NCBI GenBank assembly: GCA_964436975.1
Contig: CAYTET010000001.1
Span: forward strand, 1 to 32,000
Direction of reading: 5' to 3'
Source of the DNA: an uncultured Erysipelotrichaceae bacterium
Lineage (GTDB): Bacteria; Bacillota_I; Bacilli_A; Erysipelotrichales; Erysipelotrichaceae
DNA length: 32,000 nucleotides
The translations under genes and the position numbers were made by a program. Positions within the stretch are counted from its first letter, which is position 1, and the number at the start of each line of letters is the position of its first letter. Below, in pieces: positions 9,495-17,546 of the stretch. Below the pieces are notes generated by a model, which was given only the letters and a program-made list of their open reading frames with translations, made no database searches and was not told the origin of the DNA.

Positions 9495-9518
9495 CAAAAA
9501 AACGCCCAAAGGCGTTTA
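9495..9518 (-). terminator. Rho-independent terminator between the yhfZ-like regulator and the rest of the cluster
   Basis: The minus strand reads AAACGCC-TTTG-GGCGTTT followed by TTTTG: a 7-bp stem, 4-nt loop and U-tract, 45 nt downstream of the yhfZ-like stop. Confidence 0.7.
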
Positions 9519-9563
9519 GCAACAGGCAGCAGCTCCCGACCGGCCGGCTGGGCGCTGATTATT

Positions 9564-10490
9564 CTAATAGCTGGGAATGCGCTGGCCGGTTTCAACGCTG
9601 TGCTGGATGCGCAGTATTTCATCCCGGTCAATTATCCGCTTCAGCAAAAGGCCAATGATCGGCTCGTCTTTTTTGGTAATAATGACGGCATTGGTATCTT
9701 CTGATTTGCCGTAAGAAACCGGCACGCAGTGCACATCACTCATTTTCTCGATTATCTCATCCTCATTCCAAACCGTCGCATCCAGATCCCCGCTCTGAAC
9801 CAGTGACAGCAGCCGGTTGTACTCCACCGGACAGTACTGGACTGTTTTGCCGCGGCAGGCATTGTGCGTCATATCGCTCTGGTCAATGGAATCGGCATCA
9901 ATGCCGATCCGCATGCCGTCTTTGATGGCGCTGTCGGCCGGATTATGGAAAATGATTACATGCGACGAGCAGTATGTGCCGATGCCGAATTCACAGACGA
10001 TGTCGATGCTGTCGGCATGCTGACGGATATACTTTTTGGCCGCATATTTAGAGACAACCGCAAAATCATAGCGGTTTTCCAAAACCATGGCGATCCGGTT
10101 TTTGGCTCCCCGCATATAAGACAGGCTGACCGGAATCTCATCCTTGTTTTCCATTTCACTGATAAGACCGGTGGCCAGGCCTTCGTATTTTTTTGAATAT
10201 GGCAGCGGCATGGCCCCGACCAGCATTTCAATGCCGGCAAACTCTAAAAGGATGTGGTCGTTCTTCTGCGTCAGAAAGGAACCCAGATAACCCCGGCTGG
10301 TGATATGGATAGCCTCATTGTCCTGCAGGGTGCGGATGGCCGACTGCACTGTTCCCCGCGAGATCTGCAGCTTTTCGCTCAGCTCGGTGACAGTCGGGGT
10401 CTTAGCCAAAACCGCGCAGATTAAAAATTCTTTGGCAATGCTTTTAACGGCCAGGCCGTTCTTGCTCATTAAGATGTTTTGATAATCCAT
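9564..10490 (-). CDS. yhfZ: Transcriptional regulator, YhfZ-like (N-terminal wHTH plus C-terminal ligand-binding-like domain)
   Basis: 308 aa. The HTH segment is PTVTELSEKLQISRGTVQSAIRTLQDNEAIHITSRG. It is the first gene of the cluster, as in E. coli yhfZ. Confidence 0.55.
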   Translation of the reverse strand: MDYQNILMSKNGLAVKSIAKEFLICAVLAKTPTVTELSEKLQISRGTVQSAIRTLQDNEAIHITSRGYLGSFLTQKNDHILLEFAGIEMLVGAMPLPYSKKYEGLATGLISEMENKDEIPVSLSYMRGAKNRIAMVLENRYDFAVVSKYAAKKYIRQHADSIDIVCEFGIGTYCSSHVIIFHNPADSAIKDGMRIGIDADSIDQSDMTHNACRGKTVQYCPVEYNRLLSLVQSGDLDATVWNEDEIIEKMSDVHCVPVSYGKSEDTNAVIITKKDEPIIGLLLKRIIDRDEILRIQHSVETGQRIPSY

Positions 10491-10519
10491 TTTGCGGGCT
10501 GCCTTTTCTTTTCATCCGT

Positions 10520-10529
10520 ATCATAGCAC
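10520..10529 (-). promoter_or_regulatory. Candidate extended -10 element (TGcTATGATA) upstream of the yhfZ-like gene
   Basis: The minus strand reads cgTGcTATGATAcgg 30 nt upstream of the ATG at 10490. The -35 is weak. Confidence 0.3.
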
Positions 10530-10653
10530 GGAATAAACCCCTAAGAGAATATCCATTATGCTTTTTGCCGCCGGAATCAGACCGGCCGCCGTTTTATCAA
10601 AACTTTTTTTGTGATATCGTATATCTAAAGAAGATTATCTACAGGAGGATAAT

Positions 10654-11778
10654 ATGCCCAGAAAATATGATCCGGCAATAATTGAGGCAATGAACCGGAA
10701 GGCCTGTACTGTTGAATATGAAGGTGTAAAGGTTTTGGTAAAACCGATTCCGGAAGGCGGGGATGACGGGGACATGGATCCCCGGCTCTACCAGTCCATG
10801 AAGAAACTACCGTTTCTAGCCCATTTCATGCCCAAGCCCAAAAAGGACGCAACGGTGCTGGAGCAGATCATGCCGCTGCGCAAGATGTTTGGCGAGTATA
10901 AGGGTGAAATCCTCGTGACGGAAGGCCTTCATAAAGAAGAAATCACCGTGCCCAGCGCTGACGACTATGCCGTCCCGGTCCGGATTTACCGCCGGCAGTC
11001 AGCCGGCCAGAATTTGCCGGTGATGGTCTATATCCACGGCGGCGGCTTTTTTGGCGGCGGCATGGATATCGTCGAACAGATGTGCGAACTGCTGGTGACT
11101 GATCTGGACTGTGTCTGTCTGAATGTCGGCTACCGGCTCTGCCCGGAAAACCATTATCCCCAGCCTTTTGATGACTGCTGGGCCGCCGTTAAGTATATCT
11201 ATGACCACGCCGGCCAGTACGGCGCTGATAAGAATAAGATTGCGGTAGGCGGCGACAGCGCCGGCGGCAATCTGGCCGCCGGACTGGCCCTGAAGGACCG
11301 CGATGACAATACCGGCATGATTAAGCTGCAGGTGCTGATCTATTCTTCCGTCAACATTGCCGGTCAGAAAACAGCTTATTACAAGGGTGTTGACAACAGC
11401 CTGTACCATACTTCCCGCAAGCATGCCAAAGTTTTAAATGCCGTCTTTAATCTGATGGGCGGTCTGCTTAATGGCAATGGCAGCCTGCTCAACGATGTCT
11501 ATCTGCAGAACAGCGTTGCGCCTGACTGCATATACGTATCCCCGCTGCTGGATGACTTCCACAATCCGACCCCGGCTTTGCTGGCGTTCGGCGAGCATGA
11601 CATGCTGGCCTTTGAAGATTTTGCCTATGCCCAAACGGCGACAGCCGCCGGCATGGATCTGAAAACCATCATCTACCGCGGCTTAAGTCATGGCTTTGCC
11701 GATCAGATTGGCGTCATGCCGCAGGCAGAAGACCTGATGGCCGAAACGGCCCGGCGCATGCAGGAAGTCTTGAAATAG
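10654..11778 (+). CDS. Alpha/beta-hydrolase esterase/lipase, hormone-sensitive-lipase (Aes) family
   Basis: 374 aa with the oxyanion-hole motif VYIHGGGFFGG and the nucleophile elbow GGDSAGGNLA. RBS AGGAGGA. Confidence 0.8.
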   Translation: MPRKYDPAIIEAMNRKACTVEYEGVKVLVKPIPEGGDDGDMDPRLYQSMKKLPFLAHFMPKPKKDATVLEQIMPLRKMFGEYKGEILVTEGLHKEEITVPSADDYAVPVRIYRRQSAGQNLPVMVYIHGGGFFGGGMDIVEQMCELLVTDLDCVCLNVGYRLCPENHYPQPFDDCWAAVKYIYDHAGQYGADKNKIAVGGDSAGGNLAAGLALKDRDDNTGMIKLQVLIYSSVNIAGQKTAYYKGVDNSLYHTSRKHAKVLNAVFNLMGGLLNGNGSLLNDVYLQNSVAPDCIYVSPLLDDFHNPTPALLAFGEHDMLAFEDFAYAQTATAAGMDLKTIIYRGLSHGFADQIGVMPQAEDLMAETARRMQEVLK

Positions 11779-11849
11779 CGGTTCAGATTTTCGATTGATC
11801 CGCAGATAGGCATAAAGCCGGCCTTAATGCCGGCTGAAAGGAGTCAAAC

Positions 11850-12761
11850 ATGAACCGGAAAACATATCTGGCTGTCGATATCGGCGGCACGGAAATAAAG
11901 TGGGCTCTGATTGATGAAGAGCTGCAGATAATCAAGCAGGGCCGGTCGGCCAACAATATTAAAAGCACAGCTAAAATGGTTGATGCAATTGAACAGCTGG
12001 CTAAAGAAAACCAGGATTGCGGCGGCATCGGAATCAGCGTGCCCGGCACGGTTAAGATGGATGATCCCGACGGCACCGTCTATGGCGGCGGCAACTGTTA
12101 TTTTCTTGACAGGGCCCCTTTGGGAAAACAGGTCAGGGAAAGATGCCAGCTGCCCGTGGCGGTGCTTAATGACGGCAAGTGCGGCGTACTGGGTGAATAT
12201 GAAGCCGGCGTTCTGAAAGGTGTTTCCAGCGGAGTGGTTCTGGCTTTGGGAACCGGCGTCGGCGGCGGCATTATCATCAACGGCAGCATTCTTGAAGGCT
12301 TCCATAGTTTTGCCGGCGAATTCAGCTTTCTGAGCACCAATACCGAAAAGCCTTTCTCCATCAGCTCGGCCGTCGGCGGGGTATGCGGCTGGCCGGCCCT
12401 AAAAAACGATGTCCTGACCGCCATGAATAAAAAAGACAGTGCTGGTATCAACGGCTACACCATCTTCCAGTGGATTGAAGAAGGCAATAAAGATGCCCAG
12501 AAGGGTCTGGACACCTATGCCTTCCGGATTGCCCAGCTGATCATGCAGCTGCAGTCTGTCGTTGATCCGGAATGCTTCGTTATTGCCGGCGGTATCAGTG
12601 CCCGCCCGGCGCTGCTTAAGGCCATTCAAAACCAGCTGGATGCCATCCGCAAAGCCATCCGCTTCAGCCAGATTCCGGCCCCCACGGTCAAAGCGGCCGC
12701 CCTGGGCAATGATGCCAATCTGGTCGGAGCCGCCGCTTTTCTGCTGAAGCAGCTATCGTAA
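11850..12761 (+). CDS. ROK-family sugar kinase
   Basis: 303 aa with the N-terminal ATP-binding motif LAVDIGGTEIKWAL and glycine-rich LALGTGVGGGIIING. RBS GAAAGGAG. Confidence 0.85.
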   Translation: MNRKTYLAVDIGGTEIKWALIDEELQIIKQGRSANNIKSTAKMVDAIEQLAKENQDCGGIGISVPGTVKMDDPDGTVYGGGNCYFLDRAPLGKQVRERCQLPVAVLNDGKCGVLGEYEAGVLKGVSSGVVLALGTGVGGGIIINGSILEGFHSFAGEFSFLSTNTEKPFSISSAVGGVCGWPALKNDVLTAMNKKDSAGINGYTIFQWIEEGNKDAQKGLDTYAFRIAQLIMQLQSVVDPECFVIAGGISARPALLKAIQNQLDAIRKAIRFSQIPAPTVKAAALGNDANLVGAAAFLLKQLS

Positions 12762-12772
12762 TATTCCTCTGA

Positions 12773-12800
12773 CAGGGCTGGCTGACAGCCCTGTTTTTTT
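12773..12800 (+). terminator. Rho-independent terminator after the ROK kinase gene
   Basis: CAGGGCTG-gctga-CAGCCCTG (8-bp stem) followed by TTTTTTT. Confidence 0.85.
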
Positions 12801-12900
12801 ATTGCTAAAAAGAGTCAGCCGATTTCCGCCATTTTATGGTCATATTGTTGATGGCATCGGCAGATGCCGTCAGCTATACTTTCAATGGAGGAATTGTCAT

Positions 12901-13716
12901 ATGAATTACTATCATCACCAAATTCTGTCACCCCGGATTATCCGCATTATCGATTTTCTGGATGTCTGCTGCTACCTGGTCATCGGAAATGAAAAAGCCG
13001 TTTTAATTGATACCTGCGATGGTTTCGGCAATATACGGCAGTATGCGCAGACTTTGACCGATAAGCCTGTTTTTGTCATTCTGACCCACGGTCATATTGA
13101 TCATGCGCCCGGCGCGGTCTATTTTGATGAAATATATATGAATCATAACGACATGGCTCTGCTCAGCGAATCCGCCAGCCGGGCTAACCGGCTGCAGTCT
13201 TTCGGTCAGGATCCCAGATGCGCTGGCATCGCCGAGAGTGAATATGCACCCGACATCAGCCAGCCGATCAAGGATATTGCGGATGGTCAGGAATTTGATC
13301 TGGGCGGCTGTACCGTAAAAATGCTGCTGTGCCATGGCCATACCCAGGGAATGATGATGGCTTTGATCAAAGAAGAGAGAACAATCGTTTTCGGAGACGG
13401 CTGCGGTGTCGGCGTGCTGCTGTTTGGAGAGCACTCCTCCTGTGTGTCCGCTTACCGGAAAAGCCTGCTGGCAATCAAGCAGCATGAAGACGAATATGAT
13501 ACCGTCATCCGCAACCACGGCACTTTTGAATCACCGAAGCAGCTGCTGGACAATGTCATCGGCTGCTGTGATGATATCCTGAACGGCCATGCCTGCGGTC
13601 AGACCATTGTGACCCACGGCATCAAGTTCTTTATCGCTGAAGCCATTGACGAAAAAGAAAACCGTCTGGACGGTTTGCAGGGCAATATAAAATACACGGC
13701 CGACAAGGCCTGCTGA
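12901..13716 (+). CDS. MBL-fold metallo-hydrolase (start trimmed to the ATG at 12901)
   Basis: 271 aa with the metal-binding motif ILTHGHIDHAPG and a later CHGHTQG. RBS GGAGGA lies 7 nt upstream. The longer track ORF starts inside the upstream terminator region. Confidence 0.8.
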   Translation: MNYYHHQILSPRIIRIIDFLDVCCYLVIGNEKAVLIDTCDGFGNIRQYAQTLTDKPVFVILTHGHIDHAPGAVYFDEIYMNHNDMALLSESASRANRLQSFGQDPRCAGIAESEYAPDISQPIKDIADGQEFDLGGCTVKMLLCHGHTQGMMMALIKEERTIVFGDGCGVGVLLFGEHSSCVSAYRKSLLAIKQHEDEYDTVIRNHGTFESPKQLLDNVIGCCDDILNGHACGQTIVTHGIKFFIAEAIDEKENRLDGLQGNIKYTADKAC

Positions 13717-13720
13717 ATAA

Positions 13721-15737
13721 TCAGTTAAAGCTGCGGCCGTTGAGCAGAATCTGCTCGTTATACTGCCGCAGATATTTTTTAAGCTGCTCCAGATCCATTC
13801 CGTCCAGCAGCATCTTGGTTACAGTTTCGTCTGAAACGGTAATGTTTATGAGGTGGGGCAGCGACTCATTTTCAAAATTGTTAGCCTCGGATGTGACCAG
13901 GCCCCGGTCCCAGTAGACAATGATCTGGGCCTTGTGCAGTTTCCACTGAATAGCCTTCTTCAAAATGAAGATGCCCACAAACACCTTGGCGGTATGCCCT
14001 TCCAAAGGCGTCAGGTAAACAACATTGTTAAGGTCCATGCTCTGAAAATAGCGCTCGGATTTCAAAAGCGAATCATAGACCCCTTTTTTGGTGGCTGATC
14101 TGGCTTCAACATAGGATGCAATATAGCGGAAAACCTCATCCTTATTCTTAGCCGGCAGACCGTTTTCAATGCTGATTCCCTCATTCATATAGACATGATT
14201 GGAAATGCCCTTGGAAGCAATGTGCTGAACGATAGTCCAGCGAATCTGCTGCTTTTCCTTCTCGCTGAAAAAGACGTCGGTATTGATGACGGTTATATTA
14301 GATGGCATGATAGGCAGGGTCTGAGACGGTACGGAGGTAAAGACAAAATCATAATGTGAAAGGTCAAGATTATGCAGTTCATAGATATTGCAGGGCACAA
14401 AATCCTGAATCTTTCCGCCAAAATTACGCTGCAGTCTTTCGGCCATGCCCTTGGCAACCGATTTATTTACCTGGGAAACCACCAGAGCCTTGGCTGACCG
14501 GAAACTGAAGGGATAGCGGCCGAATACCGGATGAATCAGGCAGGCCAGCTTATAGATTTCATCAGCATCAAGTTTAATCTTGTACTGCTCCTCCAGAAAT
14601 ACGGCCGACTGAATAGCCAGTTTGCGGGCCATCAGACCCAGCGGAAGACCGGACAGCCGGTAGTTAGTGTGCAGATGAAACTCCATCCGCATGCTTATCT
14701 GCAGCAGATTCATGCTGATAGTATCAATCAGTTCCATATCTTTGCCGATATAATCAAAATCGTTGATATCGTGCAGGTAGTTTGAAACCGCAAACGCCAT
14801 CTCGCGGCAGGTCAGATAGTTCTCCCTGAGGGGGAAATCAGAGGGCTGCAGCATATTGCGGTTGGCAATAATGAAGATCGCGATATAAATATCATCGCAG
14901 GTATAAAAGGCCGTCTTGAGCAGTTCCGCGGCTTTTTTAGTTATAATTTTAGCCGTGTAATAGGAATTGCGGGCCAAAAAGCGGTCCTGGACATCATCAT
15001 CATAACTTAGCCGGTAACCCTGCCTGTTGCGCTGGCCCATAATGTAAATGCTGCTGGCCAGACTGGCAATTTCAGTGTCGGACAGGTCATTGCGGGAATA
15101 AGCATCCACATTTTCCAGCACAATCTGCTGCAGAGCATACATTGTCTCTTCCGGCATCTGGTATAAGGTCCCGTAGTCTTCAGCCAACTGCAGCTGGCAG
15201 CGCTGATAATAGTAGTTTTCACAGTTCAGGCAGGCCCGGATGTCAGCTTCCCTGCCATCGATATACAGACCGTGCTTGCTGCGGGTCTTAACTTCAATCG
15301 CAAAACCAGCCAGAATCTCTTTGGCATTATTGTAGTCATTCAGCACCGTCGTCCGGTTCAGGTACATCAGTGATTCCAGATCCTCGATCCGGCTGTATTC
15401 TTTCTGGCAGAGCAGGTAGCGGACGATCAGGTGGGCCCGCTGCTCAAACAGCGGAATCATCTGGTCGGTCTGATTATCATAGGCGCAGGCTTTGATGTAA
15501 TTGTCCAGCTTGGCTTCGTCATTGACGATCAGAAGATAGCCGGCCCCGGACCGGCAGTCCAGTTCTGCCCCGTTTTCTTTAAGCTTGTCCTGCATGTCCG
15601 CCAGAATCGTGCGGATTGTCTTGCTGGAAAAACCCAGATTGCCGGCAAAAAAAACCGGAACTCAGCCGCTGCTGGCGGTCCCGCATCAATTCAACTATTT
15701 TGATCTGAATCCGGTTCAGCTGTTCTGCCATATTCAT
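13721..15737 (-). pseudogene. PRD-containing HTH transcriptional regulator (MtlR/LicR/ManR-like) disrupted by a +1 frameshift in an 8-nt homopolymer
   Basis: The 624-aa ORF (13721-15595) lacks an HTH. Upstream, M(N)MAEQLNRIQIKIVELMRDRQQRLSSGFF runs into the T8 tract. Removing one T restores ...SSGFFAGNLGFSSKTIRTILADMQDKLKENGAEL..., a typical HTH, in frame with the long ORF. Confidence 0.75.
15647..15654. repeat. A8/T8 homopolymer at the frameshift site of the PRD regulator
   Basis: Read directly: ggc-aaaaaaaa-ccgg. Confidence 0.95.
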
Positions 15738-15747
15738 ATTTTAGCAT

Positions 15748-15768
15748 ATTAGCCCGGCCGGGGCTAAT
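15748..15768. promoter_or_regulatory. Perfect 8-bp inverted repeat in the divergent regulator/GNAT intergenic region (possible operator)
   Basis: ATTAGCCC-ggccg-GGGCTAAT. Confidence 0.3.
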
Positions 15769-15826
15769 GACTGCTCCTTTCAATCAGGCCCGAAAAACGA
15801 TAAAATAAACGGGAAAAGAGTCTGCC

Positions 15827-16369
15827 ATGACAAATCATCTGTCGCTTTATATCCCGGCTGTCAGCCAGCTTGGCTACCGGCAAAAACTGCTGGCTGATCC
15901 GTCTACCATGGCCTGCAATAAGGACTGCCCTCTGCCAACCCCTAATTATCACAATGACACCGGCTGTCTTGATTTTTTTGAAACGCAGTGGCAGGACTGG
16001 TACCGCCGCTTTGTCACAGCCTGACCTGACCGCTTCTATGCCTATATCCGGCGCGATGAGGATAACATCTTTATCGGTGAAACCGTACTGCGCAGAGATG
16101 ACATCGGCTCATTCTATAATATGGGCGTAGTCATCCAGCATAAGTTCCGTAACTGCGGATATGGCGCCGTCGCCCTGGACCTGCTGCTGAAGCAGGCCTT
16201 TGAGCAGATGGCCATTGCCGAACTGCATAACGATTTTGAAGTCAGCCGCATCGCAGCTCTTAAGATTCATCTTGCGGCCGGTTTTACAGTTGTATCCCAG
16301 ACCGGGCCGCTGACCCATCTGGTGCTGACCCGTCAGCAGTATGCTGCCAGCCGGAAAAACCAACGTTGA
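15827..16369 (+). pseudogene. GNAT-family N-acetyltransferase interrupted by an in-frame TGA at 16022-16024
   Basis: Both pieces lie in the same frame: ...TGCLDFFETQWQDWYRRFVTA*PDRFYAYIRRDEDNIFIGETVLRRDDIGSFYNMGVVIQHKFRNCGYGAVALDLLL.... The acetyl-CoA motif (Q/R-x-x-G-x-G/A) is HKFRNCGYG. Confidence 0.7.
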
Positions 16370-16371
16370 AC

Positions 16372-16394
16372 AAAAAGCGGCTCGGACCGCTTTT
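16372..16394. terminator. Bidirectional terminator between the convergent GNAT and hypothetical genes
   Basis: AAAAGCGG-ctcgga-CCGCTTTT, with A/T runs on both sides. Confidence 0.5.
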
Positions 16395-16403
16395 AGTAGG
16401 CTA

Positions 16404-17459
16404 TCAGTCAAGGCTGCCGAATTCCTTCTGCAGATCAACACACTGAAACTTTTTATCATAGTCATAGATCAGCTTTTCAACCTGCGGCTGCAGGGTCTGA
16501 TCAAAAAGGAAGTAATCAAGGTACTCATAATGCCGGCCGCGGGCGCTGTTGACCACCGCTCCCTGACCGGCCAGCAGTTCCGTCAGCCTTCTTTCCATGG
16601 TATCGCGCAAAGCCTGGTCAGCCGCATTATTGCCGACTGTCCGCTTGAAAACCAGAGAATAGTAACCGACGCCGCATGAAATGACGTAGGCGGTTTTATA
16701 GTGATTGGCCTGCTGCTGGTCATTGAGCAGATCAAGGCAGTAGGAAGTCCCCTGGTAAATATCCTTGCGCACTTCATTTGACCGGGCGGCCGTCTCATAA
16801 CTGTCAGCCACCAAAGTAATGTCTTTGGGCAGCGTCCAGCTGCTGGCAGCACAGGCGTTGAGCATATAACTGTCCAGCTCATCTAAAGCCATGATCTGAC
16901 CTTGGTGCAGCAGACGCCCCAGCCGGGTCAGCAGCCCGATTCTGCCGATATAGGCTTCGGTGGCCAGTTCACCGATATAATCCTGCAGCAGCAGGAATAA
17001 AACCGTATAAGTATCAGCCGGAACAAAACCGGCAAAATGTTTTTGATTGGAAAAATCAACATCGAACCTTTTTCTTTTCTTATCCACACTGACCGATACC
17101 TTCATCGCATGGCCGTCAAACTGGCGCTGCTTGTATTCCAAAACTCCCTTATAGGCATGATGGTAATAGTTAAAATTCCACAGCCCCTTCAGACAGGGAT
17201 CCATCTGATCGCACAGATACTTGAACAGCACAAACTTGCTGCCGTCACTGCCGGCATTGAATTCCAGAATATACCGCTTTTCCGCCGCAGGCTTGTAAAG
17301 CCGGAAGATGGCCTGCCCGATGACCGGTTCTAAATGCTGGTGCATGACCGCCGCCGCCTTTTCAAAACTGCCTTCATCAAGCAGGGCTGAAATTTTCTGC
17401 TGGTTGGATGCCAGCCACTGGCTGAAAGTCTGGCAGCGCTGTCGGTAATCGGGAGTCAT
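16404..17459 (-). CDS. Hypothetical protein (351 aa from the ATG at 17459; a GTG at 17462 is also possible)
   Basis: Long ORF with a strong RBS (AGGAGGT). It lies between the PTS operon terminator and a bidirectional terminator. I recognise no motif. Confidence 0.6.
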   Translation of the reverse strand: MTPDYRQRCQTFSQWLASNQQKISALLDEGSFEKAAAVMHQHLEPVIGQAIFRLYKPAAEKRYILEFNAGSDGSKFVLFKYLCDQMDPCLKGLWNFNYYHHAYKGVLEYKQRQFDGHAMKVSVSVDKKRKRFDVDFSNQKHFAGFVPADTYTVLFLLLQDYIGELATEAYIGRIGLLTRLGRLLHQGQIMALDELDSYMLNACAASSWTLPKDITLVADSYETAARSNEVRKDIYQGTSYCLDLLNDQQQANHYKTAYVISCGVGYYSLVFKRTVGNNAADQALRDTMERRLTELLAGQGAVVNSARGRHYEYLDYFLFDQTLQPQVEKLIYDYDKKFQCVDLQKEFGSLD

Positions 17460-17487
17460 CACGGCATACCTCCTGGTGTCTGTTTGA

Positions 17488-17532
17488 ACAAAAAAGCCGG
17501 GCAGACATATCGTTTAGGTATGTCTGCCCGGC
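17488..17532 (-). terminator. Rho-independent terminator after PTS IID
   Basis: 14-bp perfect stem GCCGGGCAGACATA/TATGTCTGCCCGGC, followed on the minus strand by TTTTTTG. Confidence 0.9.
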
Positions 17533-17546
17533 CGCTAAACTTGCTG

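Noticed and set aside
11799-11840. Hairpin AGCCGGC-cttaat-GCCGGCT between the esterase and ROK genes as a terminator.
   Set aside because: There is no U-tract, and it is followed immediately by the ROK RBS (GAAAGGAG). It may affect translation or mRNA stability, but it cannot be called a terminator from sequence alone.
16022-16060. Selenocysteine or genome-wide TGA reassignment as an explanation for the in-frame TGA in the GNAT gene.
   Set aside because: atpB, the yhfY-like gene, the nfnA-like gene and the MBL gene all terminate at TGA exactly where homologues end, so TGA is a stop here. I see no obvious stable hairpin immediately 3' of the codon, and GNATs are not known selenoproteins. The possibility is still listed as a check under the finding.
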